Assembly (NCBI GenBank): GCA_013239625.1
Contig: MU054323.1
Location: 13,563,950-13,627,949 of the forward strand
From: Lama guanicoe
Lineage: Eukaryota
Length of the DNA: 64,000 nt
Direction of reading: 5' to 3'
Position numbers and translations under genes: made by a program. Under the pieces are notes generated by a model that saw only the letters and a list, made by a program, of their open reading frames with translations, made no database searches and was not told the DNA's origin. Positions 13,001 through 26,481 of the stretch are shown piece by piece. Positions within the stretch are counted from its first letter, which is position 1, and each line of letters begins with the position of its first letter.

Positions 13001-13729
13001 ACACTGCTGTTATTACTGTTACACTATGCTCTCCTTAATAAAGGTGGGTTAGCAGGTAGAAATTTTTCTTTGTCTTCTATTATGGGTTTACCTATGATAG
13101 GAGGGACCCAGGTGGTGGAGTGTCAGGTTCCGGAGTTTAGTATCTTTTGCAGCATCAAAACTAGTGCTAAAGCAGATTTAAAAAAAAAAGGCAAATATAA
13201 CACAGCTCTCAACACCATAAATCTGATGGTGCTGGATCTGGTTGTGATGTATCTAGTTATATATTCTTATAACACAGAAAGCTTCTTAATAAAGTATTCT
13301 TTCTCCCCACGCATAACAGAATTATAATGCATTTAGTTTAATGCTATATACACTTCTGGAATTTTGTAGTCCTAGGAGAAAAGTATCCCAATTTCTAGTT
13401 CTAGCCATGAATTTCAGATCTCACAATTTTTACAAAGAATGGAAAGTTCAGATATATTTGTCTCCTCCATTTTTTTTGTATCTCAGTAATAGGGTCTTTC
13501 TAACATCCACCACTTTTTCATAGTTGTACAACTATATTCTGGCTTTTCAACTTCGGAATCAACTTATCTCTAAAAAGAAGGGAAGGCAAAAAAGAATTTG
13601 GTTTCTTTACAAATTTTTTGTTTTACATTTACGAAGAACTTGAAATTTCAGCTGTAGTACTGATAATGTTCACTTGACAATACAAACTTTATTTTTATAT
13701 TTTGCACCTAAAACTGAATGTTTACTTAC

Positions 13730-13878
13730 TGTTAGTTGCTTGCACATTTTCCTCTAGTTTACAGAGCACTCTTAATTCAGACACCAACCAAGCACAGAGT
13801 TTGGTAAACTCAGGGGAATTGGCTCCAGCAGAGACTGCCTGAGACAGAGCGCCATCTTCTAACAATGGACCCTTGTAA
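13730..13878 (-). CDS. FAM98A: FAM98A exon 2 (YKGPLLEDGALSQAVSAGANSPEFTKLCAWLVSELRVLCKLEENVQATN)
   Basis: 149 nt; acceptor CAG at 13881-13879; donor GTAAGT; phase fits exons 1 and 3. Confidence 0.96.
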
Positions 13879-16479
13879 CTGGTGAGTAAGAAATCACACT
13901 TCAGAAAAATATAAAATCACATCTAATATACTACAGATACAATATATTTATGTATTATTTGTATAATTAAGCAATAGTTTAACAAAGATAAGTTACAATG
14001 GCCAATCTCTAAACCTGCAAATATAAATAAAATTTAGAACTATACTAAACCATTAAAAAATAAGCTAATCCCCCCAAAAAAGGAAAATAAGCTAATCCCT
14101 TCAAAATAAATGTGAATATTGAATAGAATCATATATACTATTAAATAGAATCATATATACTATTAAATTATGTCAAACTCTGTACATTTACTGAGAGCTT
14201 TCATTGTACAAAGGCTTACTTCCTTACTTTAACTGAATTGAATGGTAAAACTAGACTTATAAAAGTGACAGCAATTATAGTTTACTACTTCAGAAATAAA
14301 ACTCAGGCTATCTTTTCCAGAATTTTTTTCCAAAAATCAATTAGATTAGGTTTTTAATGACTTTCTTTAAAAGCAAAAACTTTACAATTATTTATTTATT
14401 TTCTTTTTCTGTATTTAATGACAGTAAAGATTAGTAAGACATACTAGTACCAGAGAAAAGTCAAAATTAATTTAATAATTGCTGGCAGGTTGATGTTTGG
14501 GTGAACTGGTACAACTCAATGCCAATCCTTTGTGATTCAAGTGTAATTAAAAAAAATTATTAAACGTTCATAAAAGACAATCGTAATAACAAACTTCAAT
14601 CTAGAATACAGCTAGAATTAAAAATTTTATCATTCTCAAAGTACTTTTAAAATAAATATTCTTCAGAAGGTTATTTTATCTTCTTATAATGAAACAGATT
14701 AAAAAACACTGTTACTAATCTTTTAAAAACACAATTATATGTTTATATATTGAATGGGATGGAAAAATCTTATACAAAAAATGAGATTATATATAGCCTG
14801 GCATCTGGATTCAAAACCACATATTATTAGACACTGGAATAAACAAACTAGGCTTAGAAATTTCTTCTTGTGTTACACATTTAAACCATATTATTTTATT
14901 CTACAAGTATTTACTGAATTCCTATGTGTCAGGTTAGAGATAAACAAAGGTCATTTATTTTTATTTCTCAGTAAATCCTTGAAATGTACATGTCAATCAA
15001 TTAAGGCTAAACTTGAGTTATTGAATGCCACCAACCTAAGCAGTTACTAGTTAAACTTTAAAGTTTTCAGAAAATCTGTTGGTTGACATTACAACACATC
15101 TCAATTATTTATTTAATTAGAGTTATTATGGTAACAATGAATTTTATAGTACCAAAGGAAGAAAAACACAGCAAAAAGAGGGTAAAAGAATAACGGGAAG
15201 AAATGGCATCCATCACCAGTTGTTAAGGTTAAATCTCTACCCATGCAGAGTGACTACATTTAAATAAGGTTTACCTCCATCCTCTCATCCTACATCTCCT
15301 TCAACACTAATCTTCCAAGTGTCACTTCGAAGAAGCTTAGAAGTTGTTTGCTTTCCCAGTCCCCCCCCCTCCTTCTTTTCCTTTCCCTGGTCCTCCTCAG
15401 TTCCTCTCACAGCATATTCTCAGTGTGAACTTCTCTTCCACTTCAATCCGTACCCTTAAGGGCTCAGACCAACGCTGTCAACAGGTCAAGCGTTCCTCAA
15501 AAACGTTTACTGAATGAATGGTTTCATGGGTGAAATTTAGCAATTTAGTCTACGAGGTCCACCAAATAGACACCATCTTGCTGAAATGTGACTTTTATTT
15601 AGGCTCTAATCAAAGAAATAAGCCAACTAAAGTCTGGGATATTCATGAAAATTCAGAGCAAGTTCCAAAGAAAAGAACAATAATAATTAACGTTGACCAA
15701 AAAAAAATACATACATATATATATATATAAACTACCACTTCCTTTCCTAAAAAATTCTACCAGGACAAGTTACTTAAATGTAAGACTTTTGGGAACCCTC
15801 ACAGTGTCCTTTCTCCTAAAAAAGAAAGGTTTATCCTAAAGGTGTCCATGCTACGGGAAAACATATGGGAAGGTTTTGATAGGGGACTTGTTACTGTATA
15901 AAGTTACCTAAATCTGTATTTTTTTAAGCCTGTAGGCAAATATTTAATTATACAATTCGTTTCTGGAACCACATTTAGCCCAAGAAATTCTAAGTTCTCA
16001 AGTTTTAATAGAGTACACTGATCTGGGTGACCCAGTGAGATAAGAAGTCCTACTTCCAGCTTGTAGATACTGATGAATGGCTGGGTAACTATCAGGAAGA
16101 GAGACAAACTGCACAACAAATAAGCAGGGACTTGGTGGGTTAAGATGTCCCTAAAGGTAAGGGGCTAATAGTGGTTCAATGAAGAACAGTGTTAGAGTCA
16201 AGGGAAACTTCCAAGGTTCCCATGAAGAGGGTGACAGGTTAGGTGCACCAGTGAGCTGGCTGGCGGAATAGATGCAGCGCACAGACATGTGGCTTAGGGA
16301 AGCCTGGATGCATGCAGACATGACTGGGCAAAGATTTTTTCAGAGAAGTGGGGTGGGGTAGGAGTAGGGGCTCAACACAGGAGCAGGAAGTTTGGATGGC
16401 AAGTGGGAAAACAGAGAATCAACTCTGGCAACCTCCAGAGTGAGAGGGTAGGGCAGAAGGATGGGAGCAAGGAGAGAAG

Positions 16480-17400
16480 CTCGGGGAGGGGGGGTGGCGA
16501 GAACCAGAGCCCAGACAATGACACGCATGACTGACAAACGCTGCGAGTAACTCGGCTGTAGGGAGCACAGGGCAGGCCTAGGGGCCTCGCAGGTGGAGGG
16601 GCCCGACCCGGCAGGGCAGGCAGTGGACGTGGCATTGGGGTCCCAGAGCCACAGGGAGGCGACAGCCAGGAGCCACGGGGTGCGGCGTGGAGAGGCAGGT
16701 GTCTCCCACTGAGGCGAAGGAGGAGTTCCCGAGGGGCCAGCAGTGTGGGATTTAGGAGACCCGTGCCCTGGCGGTCTTACCCTAGATCTTCCAACGACTC
16801 CAAGATGTCAGTCTCCATGAGGTCACACTCCATGCTACTGTGGTATTCAAATTTCCGAGTCGTCAGGCTCCCCTCTTCGCCGGCAACGCGTACACTCACG
16901 CATGCGCCGCCTCCCCGGAACTTCCAAATCGACAGCTGGCGCCTCAGCCCCTGCACTGCGCATGTTCCGAGCGTGCGCAAGACCCTTGGTCCCGCCTGCC
17001 GCCCCGCCCCGGCCGGCCTAAAGGATAGCGAGCGACACCGTTTGCACATGCGTATTATTGAATAGTGAAGCCGGCGGCCCCAAGAAGGGCAGGAGGACTG
17101 GCTGCGTGGCAGCTGGGCGTGGGGACCAGGCGAGGCTGAGAAAGCTCTAACTTCTCCTAATTGGATGTACGCATGTGCGAATCCTGGGGCGAGGCGGGCG
17201 GGGGAGGAGCTTGGGGAGGGAGTGCCTCAAGACTTGGGGTGGCTATTGGCTGTCAAACGGAGTCTCTGGATCCCAGGCAGTCAGCCGAGTGGGTGTCTGC
17301 AGGCTGCCGGTGCGTTTTAACCTTTGCTATGGGTCATGGAGAAAGGGAAAATTCCTACCTCGGATCTAATTCCTTAGGACAGACGTAGATCGGCCAAGTG
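16480..17400 (-). promoter_or_regulatory. FAM98A CpG-island promoter
   Basis: High GC/CpG around exon 1; NRF1-like ACGCATGCGC 16898-16907, ETS CCGGAA 16915-16920, GC box 17001-17010, CCAAT (ATTGG) 17245-17249; no TATA box seen. Confidence 0.9.
16781..16833 (-). CDS. FAM98A: FAM98A coding exon 1 (MECDLMETDILESLEDLG)
   Basis: ATG at 16833-16831; 53 nt; donor GG|GTAAGA; matches the known FAM98A N-terminus. Confidence 0.97.
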
Positions 17401-18570
17401 CCGAGAATGGCAGATAACATGCCTTTGGATTTCCCTGTGATTTCAGTGGCTGTATTTCAGGGTTAGGGAGGAGTCAACTTTCCCTTGACAGGGATGTCTT
17501 CAGAAAGTTGTTTCATTCCCTCCTCTGCATTCTTTACCTGACTTTTTAAGCCCTTCCAAGACACTAAGCATCTTATTTTAAGTTGGAGGGGTAAGAGGAG
17601 GTTTTCACTCCATAGCAACATCAAATAGAGTATATTTAAATCTATGCAGTTTAAAGAGCAAATAAACTTTTTTGTTGTACTGTTATTGCTTTGGCCTTAA
17701 TTGGCTGGGTGTGACATTTGGTTCTCTTTGGGTTGTGGGTTCTTGGCAGTAGCTTGTTGGATCTGTGCTTAGAAACTGTTGAAAAGAGAAAAATTGTTTT
17801 CAAAGTGATGGCATGTTTAGAAAATTATATTTAACTAAATTGGCATAATGTTGAATTGTGCAAGCATTTAATTAGATAGTTCATATTGGTACCTGTAGAT
17901 TTTATTTTAAAGTTCTCAAGAGTTTTCACATCTAATGGATTAATGCTACCTATCTTTAATAGTACCTTTTAAAGTTCCTTATTTTACACTATCTGGAGAA
18001 GGTATTAACATTTATTATATACCTTGTGTGTGCTTGGTATGGTATTACTTCCTTGATCTGTATTATTTTATGCAATCATAAGGCTGTGTAAGTATTACTC
18101 CCATTTTGCAGTTGAGGACCCTGAAGCTGGTTGGCTTAATGGTCTGTCAGAAATGGTAAGACCAATAAGGACCTGGATTTTGAGAATGAGATATCTTTAA
18201 ATCCATATTTCTTTTTATTTGACTATTCAAATAAGGATTTGTAAATAGGATGTGAGAAGATAGGAGGATCTAGCTAGCTGAATTTGTTTACACTTGTATA
18301 TATTATACATAATAACCTTACAATAAAAATGGAATAATTATTCTCATAGGGTTTTTGAAGGTGCCAAAGAATAATTCATAATGCAAAACCAATTTGGGGA
18401 AAAAAGTTTCATATTTTACTCACTTTTCAATGTAAGTTATAACCCATATTATTAGTGTATGAACAAGTGATGACTCCCCTAAATTTATTGTCTCTATCCA
18501 ATGCAAATCATTAGATTAAATGGAGGTAGCCAACACAAAGGTTTTTAAGTTATTATTTTAAATAATTCTA

Positions 18571-18632
18571 TAGTGTTGTGCTTAGCATGTACAAGGTCCT
18601 GGGTTCAATTCCCAATAACTCCATCAAAAGAA
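18571..18632 (+). mobile_element. 5'-truncated tRNA-derived SINE (camelid-like)
   Basis: GCTTAGCATGTACAAGGTCCTGGGTTCAATTCCCA with a B box at 18602-18612; TTCTATA repeated on both flanks. Confidence 0.65.
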
Positions 18633-18688
18633 GTTCTATAATGGATTCTGCTGCAATAAAAACAATGCTTTTAAAAGTAAATATTGCT

Positions 18689-20022
18689 GCAGAGCTACAG
18701 TAATCAAAAGTGTGGTATTGGCACAAAAACAGATATATGGACCAATGGAACAGAATAGAGCCCCAAAATAAACCCACACGCCAATGGTCAATTAATCTTT
18801 TACAAAGGAGGCAAGACTATACAATGGGGAAAACACTCTCTTCAGCAAGTAGTGTTCAGAATACTGGACAGCCAGATGTAAATCAATGAAGTTAGACTAC
18901 TCCCTCACACCATACACAAAAATAAACTCAAAATGGCTTAAAGAATTAAACATAAGACAAGAATAAACCTCCTAGAAGAAAACATAGGCAAAACGGTTTC
19001 TGACATAAATCTTAGCAATGTTCTCCTAGGGCAGTCTACCCAGGTAATAAAAGCAAAAATAAATGAATGGGAATGACTTAAACATAATCTTTTGCACAGC
19101 AAAGGAAACCATAAGCAAAACAAAAAGACAACCTACAGAATGGGAGGAAATATTTGCAAATGATGAGACTGACAAGGGCTTAATTTCCAGAATATATAAA
19201 CAGCTGATACAACTTAAGAAGAAAAAAACAAACAATCTAATGCAAAAATGGGCAGAAGACCTAAATAAGCAATTCTCCAGTGAAGACATACTAATAGCCA
19301 ATAGGCACATGAAAAAAATGCTCAATATTGCTAATTATCAGAGAATTCAAATCAAAACTACAATGAGGTATCACCTCACACCAGCCATAATGGCCATCAT
19401 ATAAAAGTCCAGAAATAATAAATGCTGGCGAGGGTATGGAGAAAAGGGAACCCTCCTACACTGTTGGTGGGAATGTAGTTTGGTGCAGCCATTATGCAGC
19501 AACCTAAATGTCCATAGACAGATGGCTGGATTAAGAGGCCGTGGTATATTTACATAATGGACTACTACTCAGCCATCAAAAAGAATAAAATAATGCCACT
19601 GCAGCAATATGGATGGACCTGGAGATTTTCATTCTAAGTGAAGTAAGCCAGAAATAGAAAGAAAAATACTATATGATATCACTCATATGTGGAATCTAAA
19701 TAAAAAAGACACAAATGAACTTATTTACAAAACAGAAACAGACTCACAGACATAGAAAATACACTTATGGTTACCAGGGAATGAAAGGGGGTGGAAAGGG
19801 ATAAATTGGGAGTTCAAGATTTGCAAATTCTAACATATAAAGTAGATAAGCAACATGTTTCTGTATAGCACAGGGAACTACATTAAATATCTTGTAATAA
19901 CCTATAATGAAAAAATATGAAAACGATGTATGTATGTATCTGTATGATTGAAACATGCTGTACACCAGAAATTGACACAACATTGTAAACTGACTACACT
20001 TCAATAATAAATAAATAAATAA
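18689..20022 (+). mobile_element. 5'-truncated L1 (ORF2 C-terminus, 3' UTR, (AAAT)n tail)
   Basis: ORF 19063..19404 gives L1 ORF2-like text ([24 protein letters not shown]); degenerate TSD AAAAGTAAATATTGCT / AAATGTCAATATTGTT (13/16); internal deletion near 19500. Confidence 0.92.
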
Positions 20023-20795
20023 ATGTCAATATTGTTATCATTTGTATAGGATCTACTAGGAATCTTTTGCAATTTGTTTTGAAATTGTTTATATTTGTAT
20101 TGTAGCCTGGATATCCAAAGGTTTCACTCAAGCTGAATTTAATAGAATGAAAAGAACACTGATATAGGAGCTAGGGAGCCCTGGTTTTTGCCTTGGATCA
20201 GTATAAGAAAGAGTTTTCTAACACTTAGAGTTGTCTAAATTCCATCAGTTATGATTTTTCTGTATAGAAGGTGTTCAACTAGAAATCATGAATGATCTTA
20301 AAGACCAGACTTTCCAGATAGTCTTGAAAAGAGTAAAGAAAAAAAAATCATATTTTATACTTGTGAAAAAAATATAGAGGGGAAAATTGAAATGAAAATT
20401 GATTTCAGTTTTCAGAGGAACATCTTTTTATGTCATAACCTTAAAGATTATTATAGGTGAAGCTTTGAATTATGTAGTAATTAAAATTTTATATAGCTGA
20501 GAGTCTTAAGAAAGTTATCTATAAAATCCATAGAACCCATAGAAGAGTAATTTTTATAATGGCAAATAAGTAGGTATAAACTTGAATATTGGTTTCTAAA
20601 AGTTGACTTAACAAGCACCTAAAATAAATACTTTTCCCCCTCAATTAGAAGAGTCTGAAAAAAATGGCAGCATTTTCCAGTTTTAATGAATTTGCTTTTA
20701 GAATGACTCTCTAACAAGGAGAAAATAAGAAAGACAAAATAGATTTTCTTATGTTGCTCATGAAATTGAAGTTTCTATATGCTACTAAATAAAGT

Positions 20796-20871
20796 CCTTT
20801 ATAGTTTGCACAGTGAAAACAGTACTTCCCCCCTACCTTTATAGTTTGCACAGTGAAAACAGTACTTCCCC
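20796..20871. repeat. Perfect 36-bp direct repeat, period 40
   Basis: CCTTTATAGTTTGCACAGTGAAAACAGTACTTCCCC at 20796 and at 20836. Confidence 0.95.
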
Positions 20872-20926
20872 TAAAATATGAGTTTTAGCATGTAAAACTA
20901 ATCTTGTAGGATCTCAAATACTCTTA

Positions 20927-23157
20927 GAGGTGTACCTTGGAGGTGTCGCAGGTTTGGTTTCAGACCACAGCAATAAACTGAACATTACAATAAAGAGAGT
21001 CACAAGAATTTTTGGTTTCCCAGTATATATAAAAATTATGTTTACACTATAGTGTAGTCTATTAAAGTGTGTGATAGCATTATGCATAAAAAAGTACATA
21101 CCTTAATTAAAAATACTTTATTGCTAAAAAATGCTAACCATCATCTGAGCATTCAGTGAGTCTTTTTGCTACTGGAGGGTCTTGCCTTGTTTTTGCTGGC
21201 TGCTGACTGATCAGGGTGGTGGTTGCTGAAGGTTAGGGTGCCTGTGGCAATTTCTTAAAATAAGACTAACAAAGTTTGCAGCATGGATTAAATCTTCCTT
21301 TCATGAATGATTTCTCTGTGTAGCATGCAATGCTGTTTGATAGCATTTTAACCGCAGTAGAACTTCTTTCAAAAACTGGAGTCAACCCTCTCAAACCCTG
21401 CTACTGTTTTATCAACTAAGTTTATGTAATATTCTAAATCTTTTGTTGTCATTTTGACAACTTTCACAGCATCTTTACCAGGAGTAGATTGCATCCCAAG
21501 AAACTACTTTCTTTGCTCATCCGTAAGAAGCAACTTCTCATCTATTACAGTTTTATCATGGGCTTGTAACAAATCAATAACATCTAATTTTTCACTTCTA
21601 CTTCTCTTGCTATTTCCACTACATCTGCAATTACTTCCTCCACTGAAGCCTTAAACCCTTCAAAATCGTTCATGAGAGTTCAAATCAACTTCTTCCAAAC
21701 TCCTGTTCATGTTGGTATTTTGACCTCTTCCCATGAATCACAAATGTTCTTCATAGCATCTAGAGTGGTGAATTTTTTCCAGAAGATTTTAAATGTACCC
21801 TGCCCAGAGCCATGAGAGGACTCACTAAGGCAGCCATAGCCTTACAAATGTATTTTTAAAATAAAAAGACCTGAGAGTCCAAATTACTCCTTGATCCATG
21901 GGCTGCAGAATGGAGGCTGTGTTAGCAGGTATGAAAAAACAACATGAATCTCGTTGTAAATTTCCTTCAGAGCTCCTGGATAACCAGATGCATTGTCAAT
22001 GAACAGTAATATTTTAAAAGAAATCTTTTTTTTTTGAGCAGTAGGTCTCAACAGTGGGCTTAAAATATTCAGTAAACCATGTTGTAAATAGATGTACTGT
22101 CATCCAGGCTTTGTCATTCCATTGATAGAGCATAGGAAGAGTAAATTTACCAAAATACTTAGGGGACCTAGGAGTTTCAAAATGGTAAATGAGCACTGAC
22201 TTTATCTTAAAGTCACCAGCTACATGAGCCACTAACAAGAGAGTCAGCCTGTCCTCTGAAACTTTAAAGCCGGGCCTTGACTTCTCTCTAGCTATAAAAG
22301 ACCTACATGGCACCTTCTTCCAATAGAAGGCTGTTTCCTCTACGTTGAAAATGTTATGGTAGCTACCTTTGTGAATTATCTTACCTAGATCTTCTGGATA
22401 ACTTGCTGCTACTTCTACTGCACTTCATCTTGCACTTTTATCTCATGGAAATGACTTCTTTTCTCAAACCTCATGAACTAACCTGTGCTAGCTTCAGACT
22501 TTTCTTCTGCACCTTCCTCAAAGAATTGAAGAGAGTAAGGGCCTTGCTCTGGGATTAGACTTTGGTTTCAGAAAATGTGGCTGGTTTGATTACTAAAACT
22601 TTTTCCATTATCAGCAACAAGACTGTTTCACTTTCTTATCATTCATGTGTTCACTAGAGTAGTACTTTTAATTTCCTTTAAGAACTTTTCCTTTGTGGTG
22701 TCCAACTCCTCCTTTCGCTTGAACACTTAGAAGCCACTGTAGAGTTATTAACTGGCCTAATTTCATATTGCTGCATCTCAGGGACTAGGGAGGCCAAAGG
22801 AGAGGGAGAGAGACAAGGAATGGGTGGTCAGTGGGGCAGTCAGAACACACACATTTACTCACAAAGTTTGTCATCTTATGTGAATGCAGTTTGTGGCATC
22901 CCCAAACAGTTAAAATAGTAACATTAAAGACCACTAATCACAGATGACCATAACAAATATAATAATAATGAAACAGTTTAAAATATTGCAAGAATTACTA
23001 AAATGTGACACAGAGACACGAAGTGAGCAAAAGGTCTTGGAAAAAATGGTGCCAATAGACTTCTTCAAGGCAGGATTGCCACAAATCTTCAATTTGTAGA
23101 AAAGGCAGTATCTGCAAAGTGCCATAAAGTGAAGCACAACAGAATGAGATATGCCTG
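20927..23157 (-). mobile_element. Near full-length Tigger1 (TcMar/pogo) DNA transposon, decayed
   Basis: TA target sites at 20925-26 and 23158-59; degenerate TIRs (GAGGTGTACCTTG / TGAGATATGCCTG); transposase remnant in ORF 22014..22313 ([13 protein letters not shown]...[13 protein letters not shown]). Confidence 0.93.
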
Positions 23158-23907
23158 TACTTTTAAGTTTTTGTTTTTTTCAAATCATGCCTCTGACTAT
23201 GTTAGTATATTTTCTGAGACCTGGCAATTTTTGAAGAATGTTACAAAGTTTGAGAATAATATCATCCCTATGTTTAAATTGAGGAAAAGGAATATATATA
23301 GATATAGATGTGTAAAAAACCATAAACAGATCTTTCCAGAATAAAAGCTCTGAGCTGGATTTCTGTTCTTTCCAAACAAGTCTTTGGCTTAGTTGCCATG
23401 TTCTGCCAGCCCATGAATTAAGCATATAGTGAATCAGACAGACATTGGTCTAATTTGGATGCAATAAGAATTTATTAGACTCCAGCTCAGAGATGATAAA
23501 CTAACATCTATATCAGGCTAAGATTTGGGTTTGTTTATTTTTTGACCTAAATAATTATTTGAAGAATTTTTAGTCATTATTTAAAAGTTTAGAGATGTTA
23601 TCTAAAAATTTGGATTTCTGGTTTTCTTGAAAACATAAATTGGATGACTTGGCAGCTGTAGACCCTTCATGCTCAAAAAGGCAGTAATTGGCTTGGGTTG
23701 AGAAGGTTGTCCCTTCTCATTCTACCAGTTCTTTGTGTTTTTTGGATCCTATCATTCACACAATGTATCATATACATCCAGCAATCTACTTTCCCCACTG
23801 AGGGCTTGAAAATTTCAATTTTTATTCTTTTACTTCTTAGTCATGTTGACCACTTCCATTCTGCCTCTCATAAGCCTCTCCTCCTTTCTCCTCTGCCTAT
23901 TCTAATA

Positions 23908-24466
23908 TAGGGGAAGAAAACATTTTCCTCTACCCTCTTAGGTTTATAAATGGGGCCTGCAAATTAAACTGACATAGACAGATTAACAGATTAACAGGAG
24001 AAAAGGCATACACATTTTTATTGATGATGTTGTTATTCATGGCACTTCACAATGAAAACCCCTGAAGAGATGGTTAGACTTCAGAATTTATGTACCATTT
24101 TAACAAAGAATGATTAGTTGTGAAGAAGTGACTAAACAAAGGGAAGGGAGGTTGAGTTTCTAGGGGTGGTAAATTGTGGGAAGATAAATATATGGGGAAA
24201 CTAATGGAAGATAAAGGCTTATTTCAAGTAAGGTTTATTTGTGTAGACTCATTTCAGTGCCAACTTTTTTCTTCACGGCAATAAAATGCCCACATAGTGG
24301 GGATTTCTGGCAGTCCTAGTTTCTTAGAATTTTTTGCTTTGAGTCATTTAATGGAAGCTCTGAGAAGACTTCTTTGTGCACTTGTTGATTCTCAGTTGCC
24401 TTCAGCCCAAAATAATCCATATGCCAAAGTAGCATATTTTGGTATGGCACGTTCTGATCCCCTTCA
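23908..24466 (-). mobile_element. ERV1 solo LTR, MER34-like
   Basis: Reverse strand starts TGAAGGGGATCAGAACGTGCCATACCAAAATATGCTACTTTGGCATATGGATTATTTTG. Confidence 0.75.
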
Positions 24467-26066
24467 CCAGTCACATGGAACTTGCGCGATTCACTTAACA
24501 CACCTCATGCTTCCATGTCTCTATACTTTGTATAAGTTGTTTCCTCTGCCTGAAATCCCCTTTCCCTCATCCTCTGACAGATTCTTCCTGCCCAATCTTT
24601 AAGACTCAGTTTGGGGGAAGCCTTCTCTGACTTAGGCACTCATTCTCTACCTCCCAAAGCTTCCTTAGCACTTTATCCCAGATAACACTCTTGTTCCAGG
24701 CAAGCGCACAAATGCCCTCTGGGTTCTCTGTTGCTTTGTTTATAGTCTCCCCTGTCTTCACAGCTTCACTGTGCCACAAAGGTTTTCCCTGGCTGTACCA
24801 ATTAAAATTAATTTTCTTCTTCTGGATTTCTAAGAGAGTGTTCCTAGCTTGACTATCATAATAGTCTGGGGGACTTAAATGAGTCCTGGTCCTTCTCCTG
24901 GGCCATGACTTCAATAACTCGTATGTCAGTATTTCTGGGGTGGGTTTAGGAATCCATTTGTCTTAAAACCACATCAGATGGCTTCATAATTAGTCCTTCA
25001 TAATTTAACATTTATTAATGTTCTATTTTTATGTTTCATATTAAATACGTTCTGGTCTTTTCTATCCAGTGCTAAAAACCATGCACATCCTACATATTAC
25101 TTAGTAAATTGATGCATACACAATAGGGGTAAAAAATGTTGATTAGTTGATTGACAAGAAAATTTTCCCTTTCTCATGACCAGATTTTGCTTTCTTCTGA
25201 AAGAATAAAGTGATTCTTTGCAAGGAATAAATAAGTATACAATAATGAATTATGCTCTGAGCTCTCAGATCATCCTGGAACTCAGTCAATGCCTATTTAA
25301 AACTAGGCTATTCTGGTAGGATGATATGTTCTCTACTGACTTAGATTGTTATTAGCAACTTTTATCCTAGTGCAGTTATCCATTTTAATGTGGGGGTTAG
25401 TATCCTCAAGGAGACTTTTCAAGCTCTCCTTGTCCCTCCCTGCAAAGCCCCCATGAGCATCATAGTCTTGTGATAAGAAATGCTACTGTTGGGAGTGTGC
25501 TGTGAACAAAACAGGACGAAAGCAGAATAAAGGTTATAAATCACTTTCCTGGGGAGAGCTCACCAATATGACCATTATGATTAGATAAGTGAACTTGAGG
25601 CTGATTTTGAATGTCCTCCTCAGAAAATCTTAGTTTCCAATTTTTACTTACTTAACAGTTATGTACTTAATTTCTTTATTATTACAATAGGATCATTGTT
25701 CATAAATGCAATAGAGATAAGAAGAAACTGTATTTTAAGCAGGAGCAGTTAGAGTCAAATCCTTGCATTGAACTGCTTTATATTTTGGGGAATTTTGGTA
25801 AAGTCACATAAATTTGACTCTGAGGAGAATCTTGGGACATCATTCCAGACCAGCCTTTCTAGAGCAGCTCTTCTCAACTGCTTCCAAGAGAGAAATAAGC
25901 CCTAATGCCCTAAGGCATCCACTGTATGTAATAATTAGCTTCTCTCCTTTGCATCTAGAATGCCAACTATCTGTGTAATCACACTGGGAGAAAAGAGAAA
26001 AAAGTCACATTTTCTCTAGGGGTCAAATCACTCTTTTGCTTGAGAAAGTTTAAATTATCTAGATTC

Positions 26067-26248
26067 CAGTAGTTTTCAAATTTTTCTGTGTATCAGAATC
26101 ACCTGGTGGCTTTTTAAACACAGATTGTTAGGTCCTATGCCTAGAGGTTCTGATTCAGTAGGTGAGGTCCAAGAATTTGCATTTCTAATGAATCCCCAGG
26201 TAATACCTAACACTGCTGTTGTAGAAACCAAAATTTGAGAACCAGAGA
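26067..26248. mobile_element. MER5A hAT MITE
   Basis: CAGTAGTTTTCAAA...ATCAGAATCACCTGG...TCTGATTCAGTAGGT...ATTTGCATTTCTAA...TTTGAGAACCA. Confidence 0.8.
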
Positions 26249-26481
26249 TGTAGACTAATTACTACATTGCTTAAAAAGACGCAGGTCAATCAGTAAGAAA
26301 CCCACATGCACACAGCTGAAACAGTTTCATGCAACAAGACATATCTCTTAAGTAGTTAAAAAAAACCCTCGATTCCATTTTTTAAAAAATGCTGGTTCTG
26401 AACCACTAAATTGATCTTTTAGGTCACTAATAGATTGTGAGCAGAAGTCTGAAAAGCAGTGGATGAGAAAGTATATCAGCG

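Noticed and set aside
18571..18632. tRNA gene
   Set aside because: Has a B box and anticodon-arm-like part only, with no A box or acceptor stem; fits a truncated SINE.
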